Made by a program: the position numbers and the translations under genes
Assembly (NCBI RefSeq): GCF_964355755.1
Contig: NC_092678.1
Coordinates: 23,081,365-23,145,364 of the forward strand
Direction: 5' to 3'
DNA from: Antedon mediterranea
Lineage: Eukaryota > Animalia > Echinodermata
DNA: 64,000 nucleotides
In this document: positions 13,401 through 27,379 of the stretch, piece after piece
How the letters are laid out: every line of letters starts with the position of its first letter
Position numbering within the stretch: position 1 is the stretch's first letter
The notes under the pieces: model-generated
Told to the model about the DNA's origin: nothing
Database searches by the model: none
What the model saw: the letters and a program-made list of their open reading frames with translations, nothing else

Positions 13401-13483
13401 ATACTGTATTATGTTTGTCTAGCTTCTTATAAATTTCTTTCCTCACAATTATTATTATTCATTAATTAATACTTGCCCAGTTT

Positions 13484-13664
13484 AAGCGTGGTTCCCACTA
13501 GCGACGCAACACAAGGACGTAACGCAACACAAGTGAATTGACCAATCACAAGCGATGGCTTATTCGCTTCTGATTGCTAACTGTCTATAACTTCGCTTGT
13601 CATTGGTTAAAATGTTTGCGTTGCGTTTACGTCCTTGCGTTACGTTCTAGTGGGAACCAAGCTT
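13484..13664. mobile_element. ~180-bp MITE (AGCKTGGTTCCCACT TIR family, Harbinger-like)
   Basis: TIRs AGCGTGGTTCCCACTAG / CTAGTGGGAACCAAGCT. Near-identical copies lie in PTER introns. Confidence 0.85.
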
Positions 13665-13799
13665 TAGTAAACAAATAAAAGAACTGCATTTAGTAGTAAA
13701 TACCAGTTAGTTAAATCCAACAACTATAAAGTAGGCTTACAATAATTGAAGAAGATGACAAGTCCGTGCATCGATTTCTTTATTTTTATTTATTAATTT

Positions 13800-15000
13800 T
13801 TTTTTTTTTTTTTCTAAAGCAAGATCTTGAAACAAGACCTTGAGGCCGTACAGGAATCCACAACTCTTTAGTGGCTCTGACGGTATCCTTTTCAAAAGAG
13901 CACCTCGCTCACCGAGGGATCTGATTCGATGCAGTTTCCCTCATGCTAGAAAGCTTCATTAAGTACTAGCTGCACCCTCCACAATTACCTCCGACTTGGT
14001 TCTAAGGTAAGAGCGAACAACTTGCCTCAGCATTTACCTGGCGCTATTGGCGGTCCAAATGCTATTATAAGCAGGCTATAAGGGTGGGTGTGTGAGAGAG
14101 TGGCTAGGACGACGTTAACATCCCATCGAGGAATCAAGACCTTGACTGGAGGTCGTTCTCTGAACATTCCCCGTATCAGTTGAGTGATAACGGGAGATGA
14201 CGACATAGAGGAACCGTCTTTAAGTGTTGGCGTGATCGCGCCAATGGCGGATCTATAGCCCGAAATGGTGCGGACCTGAAGACCTGACTCGTACAGGTAA
14301 TGCAGGAAGGCGCAAACTTGTCCGAGGGTGATCGACCCCGGCTCTACCTGTTGTCGCCTGCACCATGTAAAGAAGTGTTTTAGTCGGCTATTGTAGACGG
14401 TAAGAGTAGATTCCCGACAAGATTTCGCCGCGAGGGCGGCAGGGCCATCTGGAATGCCTGAGTCTCGGAGCTGATCCCTGACAATGGCCATACAGTCAGG
14501 CGCAGGGATTGTAAGTTCCGCAATGGGAACTGAGCTCGGCCCTGCGTCAGCAGATCCTCGCGATCTGGAAGACGCAGGGGATGATCGTAGAGCAGGTCGA
14601 GAAGCAGTGGATACCACGCTTGTCGAGCTCAGCCCGGGGCGATCAGTAGGACCCGGCAAGGATGGCGCTGAATGCGCGTCAGAACATTTGGAATCAGTGA
14701 TATTGGTGGGAATGCATACGCCCATAGTCCGTCCCAATGTATGGACAGGGCATCCACTGCCCACGCACGTGCCTCCTGGAACCGTGCTCTCTTTGCAAAA
14801 GGTCGGGAGCTGCGTGTTGTCTGACGTCGCAAACAGATCTATGTGAGGCCGCCCGAAGTGGTCGAATATCAGTGCGGCGATGCTGGGTGGAAGGCGCCAT
14901 TCCGTAGGACATAGTGTTTGTCGGGACAGAGCGTCCGCAACAACGTTGAGGCTGCCCGCAATGTGGGCAGCCGAGAGCATGATGTTGTTGTCTATGTCTG
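13800..15000 (-). mobile_element. DIRS-type tyrosine-recombinase retrotransposon fragment (RNase H end, methyltransferase-like domain, YR N-terminus)
   Basis: RNase H C-terminus HIAGSLNVVADALSR; MT-like IDLFAT...VDALSIHW..AYAFPP across a frameshift; YR N-domain STLTVYNSRLKHFFTWC..TISGYRSAI..PRWDVNVVL. GC/CpG-rich and truncated at both ends. Confidence 0.9.
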
Positions 15001-16134
15001 AATGAATGTATTCGACGGAACTACTTAACACATGTGCCGATTTTTTTTTTTTTCAACAAACGATCATGTACTTCTGTCCAAATCCCAAATAAGGCAGTAC
15101 CCAAATAAGGAAGTAGGCAAAGTTAAGTACCATATCTATTTTTAAAGTCATTTAATTTCACAATACATAAAGAAATTCACATATCTTGCGAAATCATCTC
15201 CGTAAAGTACAGTAAAAATAAAACTATGTTTATAGCCACTTTTCCTATAAACTTTACTGTAACTAAAGTAAAACATATTCATATTATACATGTAGTAGCG
15301 AAATGTCTACTTTATTACTGTATGTGAATTTTGGCAATAGACATTGCTTTTAAATACCTGGGAAAAATTAATTTTTTAACTTCAGCTATGTATGCATTAT
15401 TCAAATGTTTTCAATCAATCAATGATTGAAAACATTTCAATAATGCATACTGTACATAGAAAGTTAAAAAATTGATGTTTTTGTTGGTTTCAACAGCGCC
15501 CTCTATCTATTAGAGGTAGGGAGTGCAGTGTAAGAAGTCACAAGCGGTATCGCGTGGTGGGTATGTGTGGCGAATATCCTTTCCATTTGTCCAAAACCGG
15601 GAGTGTTGGAGTATGATAATGTGTTACGTCTACTACTGTACTGTAAGTCCACTATTGATTTATTTGTCATTTTATATCATAGGTACATCGTCAACATAAC
15701 AATGTAAATACCATAATGTAGTCATTGTTCTTAATTGGTCAGGAAATCAATCTGGAAGATGTTTGCCCAGCTGGGTGTAGGTCTAGTGTATATTTCATAC
15801 CAAATTTATTGGGCCAATTCTTAAACATGTGTTCAAATGAAGGGTGTTGTTTATCTTTGATTATTGCTGTCAAAAAAACATGAAATTGAAAGCAATAAGT
15901 ACAGTAATTTATTTCTTTGTAAAGAAATCGTCTTTCCAGGATAAATCAGTCCACTGATGTGAAATATTTTTCATTGTTTAGAAGATACAAATGAAAATGG
16001 CTGATTAGTAATGTCATTTCAGAAATATTTATTTCATTTATTAATTAATTAATACATTTATTCATCACAGTATTGACATTATGTACAGTGATATAATGTA
16101 CCATGTACAAATAATGTTTCTGTAATCAATATAT

Positions 16135-16445
16135 TGAGCGAGCCAAATGGCCGAGCGGTTAAGGCAAGGGCGCCGTTTACCGACAACAACATCGGCAAGA
16201 GTTTGAGGCCGACTCGCTCCTAGTTCTGATGGAGGAACACATCTTCTCGGATAAGGACTATAAACCGTATGTCCAGTGTACACAGTTATAACCTGTGTGC
16301 ACTTTAAAGAACCCAGTTAATTATTCGAAAAGAGTAGGTTCACAAAAAGGGGATTACCACATATCTGATAGGACAATGATAAATTTACTATTGGTCATCC
16401 TTGGCCACATTGCCTAAAGACATAAAATAAATATATAAAAATATA
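16135..16445 (+). mobile_element. tRNA-derived SINE with Deu/Nin-type core (diverged copy)
   Basis: A-box TGGCCGAGCGG; core TTCTCGGATAAGGACTATAAACCG..GCACTTTAAAGAACCC..AAGAGTAGG; AT-rich tail. Confidence 0.8.
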
Positions 16446-19400
16446 AATATATTAGTCCTACTCTATTACGTACACTCTGTTCGTGTCAGTGTTACCTTCT
16501 AAACACAACAGACAACATATCATTCTACAACCATGCTAGGCCTATTGTATGTTTCTTTTTTTTCCAATTCCTATATAATTTCTAATGTAATGATGAATTT
16601 TTCCTACTGCCAAAAATCAAAGTATGTTTACACAAAATAATATAATTACATTGCTACCATTACTTTACTATTTCATTTAATTTTACCTTTACCTACCTAG
16701 TTTTTTGAAAGTCAAAATATTAAATGATAACATAATGTTGCATTGTCCATAATTATACCTACAGTAATAACAACTTCTATTTTAATTAATACATACCTCA
16801 CAGATCATGAATAGTAATACTGTACTATGTTACAGAATGTATCTAGATAACAACATCAGAGAGCAGCTCCTAATGTACAATACACTGTACACGCGGTTCA
16901 CACTCACAGGTGTTTATGACCAGATTATTAGGTCACTGTGATCTGTGGAAAAGGTGGGCAGTACAGTAGGCGTGACTTAATGATTGACATAATCTCATAA
17001 TTGACGTAACATATCAAGTATTAATCCTTTCCCTCCATTCAGAATCTCTATCAATAATATTTACAATCAATTCATGGTCAATACCGTACTGTAACTCAAT
17101 AATGCAAAGTGTATTATGCCATTACTGTTCTACTGAGTCAATAACTTAAGATATACTGTAATAATCCACGTCTATATTGTGCCAAACCTGATCAAATGCA
17201 TATTCTGTTTTCAGAAATTTGCTAAACAAAATGAGTATTTTTATTATTATTTTTTTATAATACATCACAAATATTGGATTTCCTTCCAAATAGCCTACCG
17301 TATTAATATAGTAAACTAAGTAACTTGGTAGTTGCTCTAAACATATTGATAGAAAAACGTCGAGAAACCCAACAGTTCTTTTCACAACTAATATATCAAA
17401 TCACCTTGTTGACACACGATAGGATATCACCTTTTGGCAAATCTATCTCCAAAAATATCTCTTTCACAAAACCACATTTGGCCTTTTGTAGACAAACAAA
17501 AGAAAACGTCCACAACGTACTGTAGGTGTGATGCAAGATCACTCACATTAATTATCTGTCTGGCTACTTGTTGTATTTATTGAAACTAATATTATAACAT
17601 CAATTCCCTTATTGTTTTCAATTACATGGCTTCTTTCCCAAATAATTCTGCTGATGACAGCAATAATCACAGATAAACACCATTGTTATTGTTATTATGT
17701 AACATCATTCAGCATGAGGGAATAATTTATTTCGCTCACCTTTCTGGGATCACTCAATCCACTGATGTGACATATTTGTCTTTGTTGATACAAATAAAAA
17801 TAACTAATGGCCTGATTAATGTCCTGGGTTATTTCTGATTTATTGATTTCATTTAACAGAAGTGCCAAATGTGCCACAATTGAAGAATTGCACGACAGAA
17901 ATGAACAATTAATAAACACGACCGGAAATCACCTTGAATCCAAAATTTCCCATTTTCTTCTAAAGACATTATTAAACACAATATTGTTTCATGGTTTGCA
18001 TGGCAAGAAAATCAACCAACTTCCTAATCTCTGTTCACTTTCTTCATAACCAATGCAATCAATTCAAAATTATACAAGTATATTCCCATCAACAAAATTG
18101 TTTCCAAATCCACATTTTTATGGTCATAATTTCATTTGTCATTTATTCAGTTTTACTTTAAAATATATTTATATTTCAATAGTCGATGATGATTATTGTT
18201 TTGTTTTTCATGATGATTAAACTCCTCTCATTATTTGAACGGCTATTGAAACTAATTCCTTTGTGCTTATGGACAATAACAGTTATTAAACAAACATTTC
18301 ATAACTAGTTAAACCCATGAACAATGTGTAGAGGTATATCATTTTCTTGTCTTTTAAATATCTGTATTTCAGCCTTCTCATTTGGGAGATTTACGACATA
18401 AATAATGGTTCATGGACTATACCATTTGTGGAGAGCGGTGTTCAATGAAATGTTCTGCTCTTCGAGGAGAAAGGGCTATTGTCGTTTTATCCAGGTAAGC
18501 TAGGCACGAAATAGACAAATAAATATCACACCTGGAATTCTATATAAAATACTAATAACAAAAATGAGTCTTCAATCTATTGTGAATAATTGGGATACCA
18601 GTATCCTTAGCTTACACAAATGTAGCTACCCGTCTTGCTTAATCACTTCATCTGTTACCTACATGTACAGTACAGTACTATATGGCTATGGGGGTCAACA
18701 GGGGACACAACATAACATGTTGGAATGGGAAAAACCTACAACAAACATTGTATGAACACTGCGATTAAAATACAACAATTCTTTCTCAATTACTTCATCT
18801 TCCATTTGCCTAATTCATATATAATTCAGAAAATCTTTGTTAATACACTGCAGTAAAAATACGTAAAAAAAAAATACAGACAATATGTACAACTACAAGT
18901 TATAAAAAAAACTTTGGCAACATTTATACAAATAATTTAAATCATTATGATGATCCAGATGTTCTCTCTGTGAGTGGGTAAATTATCTTGAGACATGAGT
19001 AGCAATAGATTGAGAAACGAAAATCTTGTTATAACGTTTAGTACGACTACGAGATTGACGTATACAAATATTAGATGGGAGTTAAGTGTATTCTTTTAAA
19101 GAGGGTAGTCGTTTGGGAGAGAATACATTTAACCATTGAGAGAACACCTGCATCACACACTTCAATTAAAGGCCCTGCACTTTTTAGTGATCAACATAAT
19201 CTAGCCTCCCAAATGACCAGACAGAAAGAAATTAAAACCATCTGGTTAATGGATTGAATCTGAGTGTAAAGTTATACAATACATTGACCTTACAGATGTA
19301 AAATAAAAAAATTTTTAAAATACAAACCATGACACAGCGATAAATGAATTATAATTTAATACAAACAAAATTTCCAGGCAAATATGGTTTTAATAAAAAC

Positions 19401-19886
19401 ACAAAAATGAGAACAGGATATGATATGATATCCCCAAGGTATCCCCATGTTAATACTGTTTATTTAATTCAGTTAGATTAAAAAAAACGTTAAACAAAGT
19501 TAATAACACGCGACTAATTTTAATAGAAAATTTGAATTATACAGACTTTAACATTTATATTTTAATGTTGTTGTTCCAACAATGCACCTAATCTATGATT
19601 AGTACTACTGTACCAGAGAATTTCATTCACAATATAACTAACAACTTTCCATCACAAATACGATTTACAAATTTCATTCACAAATTCGATTCACAAATAT
19701 GGTTTAAACTGATTACATTGGAATTTCACTTAATCATTTAACAAATGATTTGATTACAATACCTAGGTAGTTTCAAGATTTAATAGCTGTCTAAATTATT
19801 TGATTGAAGGCACCCGTACAACAAAAATGCTGTTCTGAAGAGAATAGGGTTCAGCGGGAAATGGCTCTCTCTTGGGAAATCGATGC

Positions 19887-20045
19887 TAAGTGGCTACTTA
19901 TACACTTAAGTGGCTACTTATACACTTAAGTGGCTACTTATACACTTAAGTGGCTACTTATACACTTAAGTGGCTACTTATACACTTAAGTGGCTACTTA
20001 TACACTTAAGTGGCTACTTATACACTTAAGTGGCTACTTATACAC
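19887..20045. repeat. 20-bp minisatellite x8
   Basis: Perfect tandem TAAGTGGCTACTTATACACT. Confidence 0.95.
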
Positions 20046-20787
20046 AGAAGTGTGATTAATAAATATTAATACGTCCACAGGTGGTCTAGCAGAAGCCAGC
20101 AATAAGGGCTTTTTCACACATACAGTACAGTAGGCCGGAGTTCATGAATTACTGCAATATTACCGTCTTACAGCTCTGTGTGAAATGGCCTTTAGTGTTA
20201 CTGATTAGCTCTAAAACTGACATATTACACTAAATAGTAAACTATGTTTTATTATTTATTATCCTTTAATTCCTTATACTTAAATAGTTTACAGTTGCAT
20301 CAAATGCTTAATAGTATAGACATCAAATAACAATTAAATTGCTATACAGTGAAACCGTAATCCATTTCGACAAAAACCTTTCAATACAACATAACTCTTT
20401 TCCATAATTTCCAGAATTAATGAATGTAGCTGACAAGTGTCACATGTCCATGCATGAACTATGAATACACCTTCAATGATTATCTAGTCACTACAATAAA
20501 TGGGTGGGTGTTACATTGTATTCACAAACAATTACAGCCTGGTACAGCATTGTACTATAGTCAAATAAATAGATCGGAAAAGAAGGGAGGCGGTGGGAAG
20601 CAAATTGCTTTATTTCAGACTTCATTGTTTCTGAGATTAAAAATGTAATTAACATAAATTAGGAAAACATTTCCAATCCATCAACCACTACTGTAAACTA
20701 CACTAAATATGTTTCTTGATAATGTGATAACAGTAGGTTATTGCATAGCTTGGTAGAATCAGTTTCTCTGAGTGAGAGTTAATCTAT

Positions 20788-21858
20788 GACCCCATTTACA
20801 CTTCAGCTTTTAGCGAGCCCGAGGCCGGCTCGAGGCCGGCTCCGAGCCAAAAGTGCACAAGTGTAAACACTCTGGGAACAACCGAGCCGGCCTCGAGCCG
20901 GCTCAATTTTGAGCCTAGTCTAGAGTAGGCTTCGGGCCGGCAATTGCGGGCTTCGGGCCGGCACTTCGTATAGTGTAAACACTCGCGGTCATAAAATGAA
21001 CGTTCTGGGTCAACTATAGCTTTAAGTTTACGAAACTTATTGCTGATGAATCGGAAATTCTTCATTGAAATTAAATTGGTGAAGATGTATACGCCTTTTT
21101 CACGAAACGAAGACATCTTCGATCTATGACAAACAATGCCGTGCAACGAAGCGTAACCAACAGAAATAACATAGTGTTTTCAGGGGATTTCAGGACACCA
21201 TGCGGCCCCTATGCTTATAATTAAACTGTGGTGTTTTTTTCGATGGACTTAAGAAGTGAAAAAAAAATTATAATTTTTTTTAATCACACAGTTCTATAGG
21301 CTAATCTTTAAAGAACATTTTACAGTAAAAATGTTGTCCATACGACTGTCCGTTGAGGAGTTACGAATTTTTAAGTAACTTGTCCTCCGAAAATAGGCTG
21401 AAAACGCTATGTTATTTCTGTTGGTTACGCTTCGTTGAACGGCATTGTTTGTGTTGTCATCGATCGAAGATGTCTTCCGTTTCGTGAAAAAGGCGTATGA
21501 TCTACTACTATTCTTTAGAAAACGAGACGCAAACATTAGTAGTAAAGCAATAATACAATTGTTTTGATCAATATTAAATACAGTTATTTGATTCTTTTTT
21601 GAATCTAGGCCTAGGCCTAGTGTAGATCGACAACGCTTATAATATTAACTTTTTAAGACGCACATGAGCGGATATGACGTGAATGTAGCGAAGTCGTATC
21701 ATCGAGCACTCTTCCGCGAGAGCAAGTGTAAACGCAATAGTAAGGGCCCGAGGCCGGCTTTTTGGGTAAGTGTAAACACATTGCGGGCTAAAAAGAAAGC
21801 CGGCGTCGGGCCGACTTCGGGCCGGCTAAGAAATCGTCGATGAAGTGTAAATGGGGTC
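20788..21858. mobile_element. PIF/Harbinger-type MITE
   Basis: 18-bp TIR GACCCCATTTACACTTCA, TAT TSD on both sides, GC-rich GCCGGC subterminal repeats. Confidence 0.85.
21089..21498. mobile_element. Nested ~410-bp long-TIR MITE
   Basis: ~100-bp inverted repeats ATACGCCTTTTTCACGAAACG.. / ..CGTTTCGTGAAAAAGGCGTAT. Same family at 12497. Confidence 0.75.
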
Positions 21859-23789
21859 TATTTTGGTACTATGTGGTTAGTAAGAGCTTAACTACGTCTA
21901 CATATTAGTTAACTTGTTTATGCCAACAAACTATTTTTCGACACCCACATTTTAATGCCCATATAAGGAAAATCTAATATAGGTACCTGGAATTCTATAC
22001 AAAACAATTTTCTAATAACTACAATTAATCATCTATTAGTATTATATTGTGAATATCACCCCACATGTATATCCTTAGCTTTAATTTGTCGGCCTGTGTT
22101 CCTTAACCGATAGATCTTTTACAACCTACAACGTCAACTATGCAGGTCATTGGGGTCAATAGGGGTCACAATATAAAGACACTGTTGTAAAGACCAAAAT
22201 CGAATACATACATACAGTACATATGTATGACAAATGAGAGACCTACATAGGACTTTGTGTTTATCACAACAATGTACATGTTAACAACAATGACAGCAAT
22301 AAATGAATATTTTAGAAACAAACACAAACAAAAATGAAATTAATAAGTAGATTAAGAAATTACACAAACCAGAAATGGTGTTGGTAGTCTATGAGTGCCG
22401 CTTACATGGATAAACACGACATTAGCCCTTTTCCACGAAGTGCAAAACAATTACGAAAAGAAGAATTTTGCGGTAGCTCACCTCCATGATAAATGGGACA
22501 GTCCGCTATAGCGCCCTCTTGTGGGACAACTCCCACGTAATACCATCATCATTTCTTTTCATATCGTCATATCGACAAGACATGAAGTTTTGATAAGAAC
22601 ATTTCTCACACACTTAACTTGAAGTAGCACAGCATTGAATTCAACCAACTTCATTCATCATCATCATCATCATTTAGTAATATAAATTAATGATCATCAT
22701 ACTACTGCATGTGAATTGTCAGACAGAAATCCTAAAGTAATCACAAGTAATATACCATGGAGATATGATGTGTGACAAATACTATGACTGATCTATTTAA
22801 TTAAATCGGATTAGAAGCGCCATGACCGCGCGTGCATTGTCAATGTCATTGTAGAAAATGACAATGAATGGTATTACTATTAGAATCACTCAATAAGGTA
22901 CTGAAGAGAGCAACAGCAATTAAACGTGTGCAGCCGATTAAATCTTGCCCAAAGGAATAACAATATTAAAAACATCAAACAGCATTTATTCAACAGATGT
23001 CATTACCTACAGACTTCAATATTATTAAATTAAAATTATAACAAAAACAATAAATATTTATTATAAAACAATTATATTGCGACAATTCAAATTTTATTTT
23101 CAAAGGCACACTGTCCCCTAAAATATGCTAAACAAATAAGAATCAAAAGTAGGTATAAAGAGACAATGCACCAAAAGAAAAAGTGTGTCCAACTCGGGGT
23201 CCAACTTCATACAAATTGCTTTTCAAACATTCATTCATGGTGGTGCTTTATTCAATAATTAAATTTACATTTCTAGGTCCATGGTTTAATAATGTACCAA
23301 GTGATAATTAAATATGTATTCTGATAATCTTTAGGACAAAGCATTAAGCAAATTGATACACTTTGTAAACACTGTCAAAATAACATATTTGAGTCACTCA
23401 TTCACACAAACGAACTAATCAAATACCTAATAGCCGTTCAACAGGTATGACATGCTTAACTGCAATCAATCAATGGTTCACATTACACTTATCTCTATAG
23501 ATAACCAACCAATATTATTGTGTTCCTCTTTTTTTTATGCAATAAAGGACTTAAATTTCATTTCATTGACACTACAGAATAATATAGGGGTCGATTTCAT
23601 ATTCAACAAACAATGTACTTTAGCAAACCACTATTGAAACTCACTATCCTCGAGAAGTTTCATTACTGAATAGTAGCCCTTAATAAAATATTAAATAAAA
23701 CACTGTTTTAAATACAATTGATTAGCAACAACTAATAGCAGGGTATTAACTCACAGAATGTGACTTGTGAAGAATAAATGGACCTGGGT

Positions 23790-24830
23790 ATTGATACTTT
23801 GATTACTATTCACCACCTCTTAATCTTTCAATAAACCATGTTCATATTCAAAGGATATCCTACACAATCTTGTCTGTTTATACAACAGATGTCAATATAG
23901 ATCAATCAATGTCTATTTTAGTATTCTTATGTTAAGTACAGTAGGTTTGAATAATTCCATTCAAATGTATTTACTCACACAACATAATTATAATAATTGT
24001 TATAAAAAATAAATATCATAATAATCAATAGGGCAGACTTCATCCACATGCCTCAACGCTCAACTACTAAAGTATGTAATGAATACTAAATTTTCCCCAA
24101 TGTTTTAATTACGCAAGTTCACGACGTTACAAGAATTTCTACTATTGTACTGTACAGTAACAGTGATAGCGTAAAAAGCATATTGTAATAAAATTAATTA
24201 TGAAATCAATGTACAATGGAACCATGGTTTTTATGGTATGTTTTGGTTCCACATTTACACTCAATTACGTTACATTTACAGTTATTTTCTTGCATTTATT
24301 AATGATTACAACAGGGGTGCTGATTCATATACCTATTGCCTTAATAACTATCTAACTATCTAAGTAGTATTTTTTAATTGAATGTATTGAATGGCCAAAT
24401 CAATATCTTGATATAAAGTTTGCGGTTGATTGTCCTCAGGATTGACAATGTAATTCTCTATTTAATACAATAACAATTATGGTTTGACCCAAGCATCTTT
24501 TTTATGGTAAAAGTGTTCATAATTTTATTACTGGTGATTTGAAAAATACCAATTCAAATCCCAAGGTCTAAATAAGAAAATAATTAAATATTACTATCTA
24601 CTTTATTGTTTGTACATACCTGTGCCTAGTATCTTCTAGTTACCTTGCAATCTATCTGTTGGCTCGTTGAGTATCAATGCAGAATTAGAATTCGTTCTCA
24701 ATTGTGTGTGAATACAGTACCTAGTATCACTACGTCATCGAGACTCTATTGTCTGATTGCCAATTGGCTGTGTATGTCGTCACAGATGTATTGTATGATG
24801 TTTCTAGCTAGGCTCATTGTATTCATTTGA
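23790..24830. repeat. Segmental duplication unit (paralog 28870-30770; partial third copy 25490-25735)
   Basis: Colinear shared blocks such as AATCTTTCAATAAACCATG, GGTTGATTGTCCTCAGGATTGACAATGTAATTC and CTGTTGGCTCGTTGAGTATCAATGCAGAATT. Confidence 0.9.
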
Positions 24831-25037
24831 GAGACACAACGTTCGTTATTCACTCAACCATTTATTAAAATAATAACTAAACTAAACTAGGCCTAAATGA
24901 TAAACTATCTGCCGGGTTGTAGAAAAATAAAAATAGTCATTATTTTATTTCTAAAAGACATGGCTGATAAATTTTAGGGTCTAAAACCTGTTTAGGGGGT
25001 CTAAAACCTGTTTATGCCCTGCCTAAATCCGTGCCTG

Positions 25038-25175
25038 AGCTCTGTCTACACTATCAAACTTTATTGACAAAAAAATATAATGTCCTCATGGACATGATGA
25101 TGTCATATCACTACCATATTTAGGCATATTACTACCATGGCCACATCATACCATTTTGATAGTGTAGACAGAGCT
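25038..25175. mobile_element. ~140-160 bp MITE (AGCTCTGTCTACACTATC TIR family)
   Basis: TIRs intact. Other copies at 31688-31834, 32732-32893, 62934-63086; partial copy near 36590. Confidence 0.85.
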
Positions 25176-25673
25176 TAACTATAGACTACTGTTCATAACT
25201 GTTGAGTCCCTGCGGCACTAGATTAAGCAGTCACTACAGTATTAATTATAGATATCATTGCCGTCTATGTTGTCACTCACTTTGAGTGTTATCACAGCAA
25301 TTATTTATATTAGTAATCTGGATGATCAGTCTGTGTATACATATTAATTCAGTTCTTTTGTAGGATTCTATTCTATTGATTTGATGTTTCAATAATGAAC
25401 AACAGTTTATCATTTATCCAAATACAATCAATCAGTACTACAGTACTACTAGTATTCACCAAACACGCACAAAGTAAATGTTCACTTCAAGTATTTCCTA
25501 GAGCTAATAATTGATTATTATTCATCGCCTATTAGTATTAATCTTTCAATAAAACCATGTTTATATTCAAAGCAACAGATGTCAATATAGATTAATCAAT
25601 GTCTATTTCCTTTTTCAACAGGTATGGTGTATAATTACATGGTGATTAGTATTATTATGTTAAGTGGGCTTAA

Positions 25674-25704
25674 CCAGGGAAGAGTTAAATTAACTCTTCC
25701 CTGG
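25674..25704. mobile_element. 31-bp palindromic mini-element with 5-bp TSD
   Basis: CCAGGGAAGAGTTAAATTAACTCTTCCCTGG flanked by CTTAA/CTTAA. The paralogous empty site has a single CTTAA at 29078-29082. Confidence 0.85.
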
Positions 25705-26759
25705 CTTAACTAAATAATTCCATTCAAGTTCAAATTTATTTTTATCAAACACATGAATTAACATGAAACAACTAGTAAAACCACTAGAATGGATATGTAA
25801 GCAAATAATGATGACATCTCATCAAATAAAACTTGTCTGCTTTGTTCAGAAGAATCCATTAAAATTGATACCTATGCTACATGGACACCGTGGTGCTAAA
25901 AATTACCATTTACATCAGTTTATGACTTTTATATAATGTTTGTAATATGGAACACTATTAAAATCATTAGAATAGGTATGTAAACAAATAAAAATATATT
26001 ATTCTGTGAATATCCCAACTTCACGGACCTTGTACCCATATACAAATACTACTCTAGTATTAGTAATATAGTAGAAGAAGTGATAATTTTGGTGTGATAG
26101 ATAGTTATCAGTTATTTCAATTTCCAACAAAGATCTAGATCCTGATAAAAGACATATTTATCTGTAATATCAAATAACTGATGGGTATAAAGGAAATACT
26201 TTTGTTGTTTACACACCCACAATGATAACTTTTACTATGAAATGATTCAGCTTTCCGTCTTTCTGGCACCAGTGAGTATTTCTTTTCTCACAATTCTTTC
26301 ATATTTTATTTCCTGTCACTTGTTTATACTATAATACACGAAAATTAGTACTTCAAATTTTAGATACTATATTTATTGCATAGAAATAAAACCATGGTTT
26401 TTTCTTTACAAATCCTAAAATACAATTAAAAAACAAACATATTCATGTACCAATATTTAAATACTCTATTAACAGTATCATTTTATAATTTATTCAGTAC
26501 ATCTGGCTCGTTCAATAAGTAGGTAGAAACAGGTCAAACTTCTGTCCACAACTAAATGCACCAAAGAAGGCCAACAATGCATATCTTATCAAGGAACACA
26601 TATAAATTGAAAGATTATGTAAAACCATACACATTAAATTTGGTTTGGTATTTGACCTCAAAATTAACTTTTAATATTACTACCCATTCTAAAGGCACAT
26701 GAAGCCAAAGCCATAATGAAATAGCCACCTGGAAGGAAAAAACTTTACTATCATTCATG

Positions 26760-27115
26760 ATCATTCATCTAAAAGCTGGAATGAACTTCCAAATGATTTA
26801 AAAATTAACTTGCGTGCGCACATTTGAGTTAGTGTTTGCCGACCGGCAAGTTAGAGTTTACCGACCGACATAGTGAGCTAAAAATGTCAATAACTTCAGT
26901 CCAAATACAATTAATACGCAACAATTAAACTAAGTTTTCTTTTCTAAAATTAATTTCTATTTTTAATGTATATTTTCTCCATTTTTGTAATTTTGATTAC
27001 TTTTTTGTCTTTACATTATTATGTTTGTTATGAGATTTCCAATTACTGTACCACTTTGCAAATCAGTGCAATAGTACTAAAAGTGCCTGCAGAATAAAGA
27101 ATAAATAAATAAACA
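26760..27115 (+). mobile_element. Degenerate LINE 3' end (CR1/L2 group)
   Basis: SSKSWNELPNDLK motif, T-rich 3' UTR and (AATA)n tail. Confidence 0.5.
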
Positions 27116-27379
27116 AAAAAAAAACTTTATAACTACTGCATTTTTTTGGAATTAGTCAAAGGGACAACACATCTTTAATTTATACCGCTCATATCAAATT
27201 TAATTCTGTTATTTTAAATTGCTTATCCAATACGCTCTTTACCAAAATCAATATTATCCAAAAACAATTGATTACATTTGTCTCGTATGCATGTGATATC
27301 TCTTTAACTTCAATTAACATTCCAACTTTCTTCCTATCATGTTCAATTTTCCACAGTCAATGTTACAAAAAGAGAGTTT

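Noticed and set aside
14027-15031. 334-aa ORF as a single functional gene
   Set aside because: It is a chimera of DIRS RNase H/MT and YR frames created by a frameshift, truncated at both ends. ORFs 14484-14846 and 14694-14912 are shadow frames.
17695-18115. Selenocysteine or alternative-code readthrough of in-frame TGA
   Set aside because: TAA/TAG stops and frameshifts co-occur and the neighbouring genes use the standard code; ordinary decay explains it.
19887-20045. CRISPR-like array (also 62390-62647)
   Set aside because: Head-to-tail repeats without unique spacers, in eukaryotic context with no cas genes.
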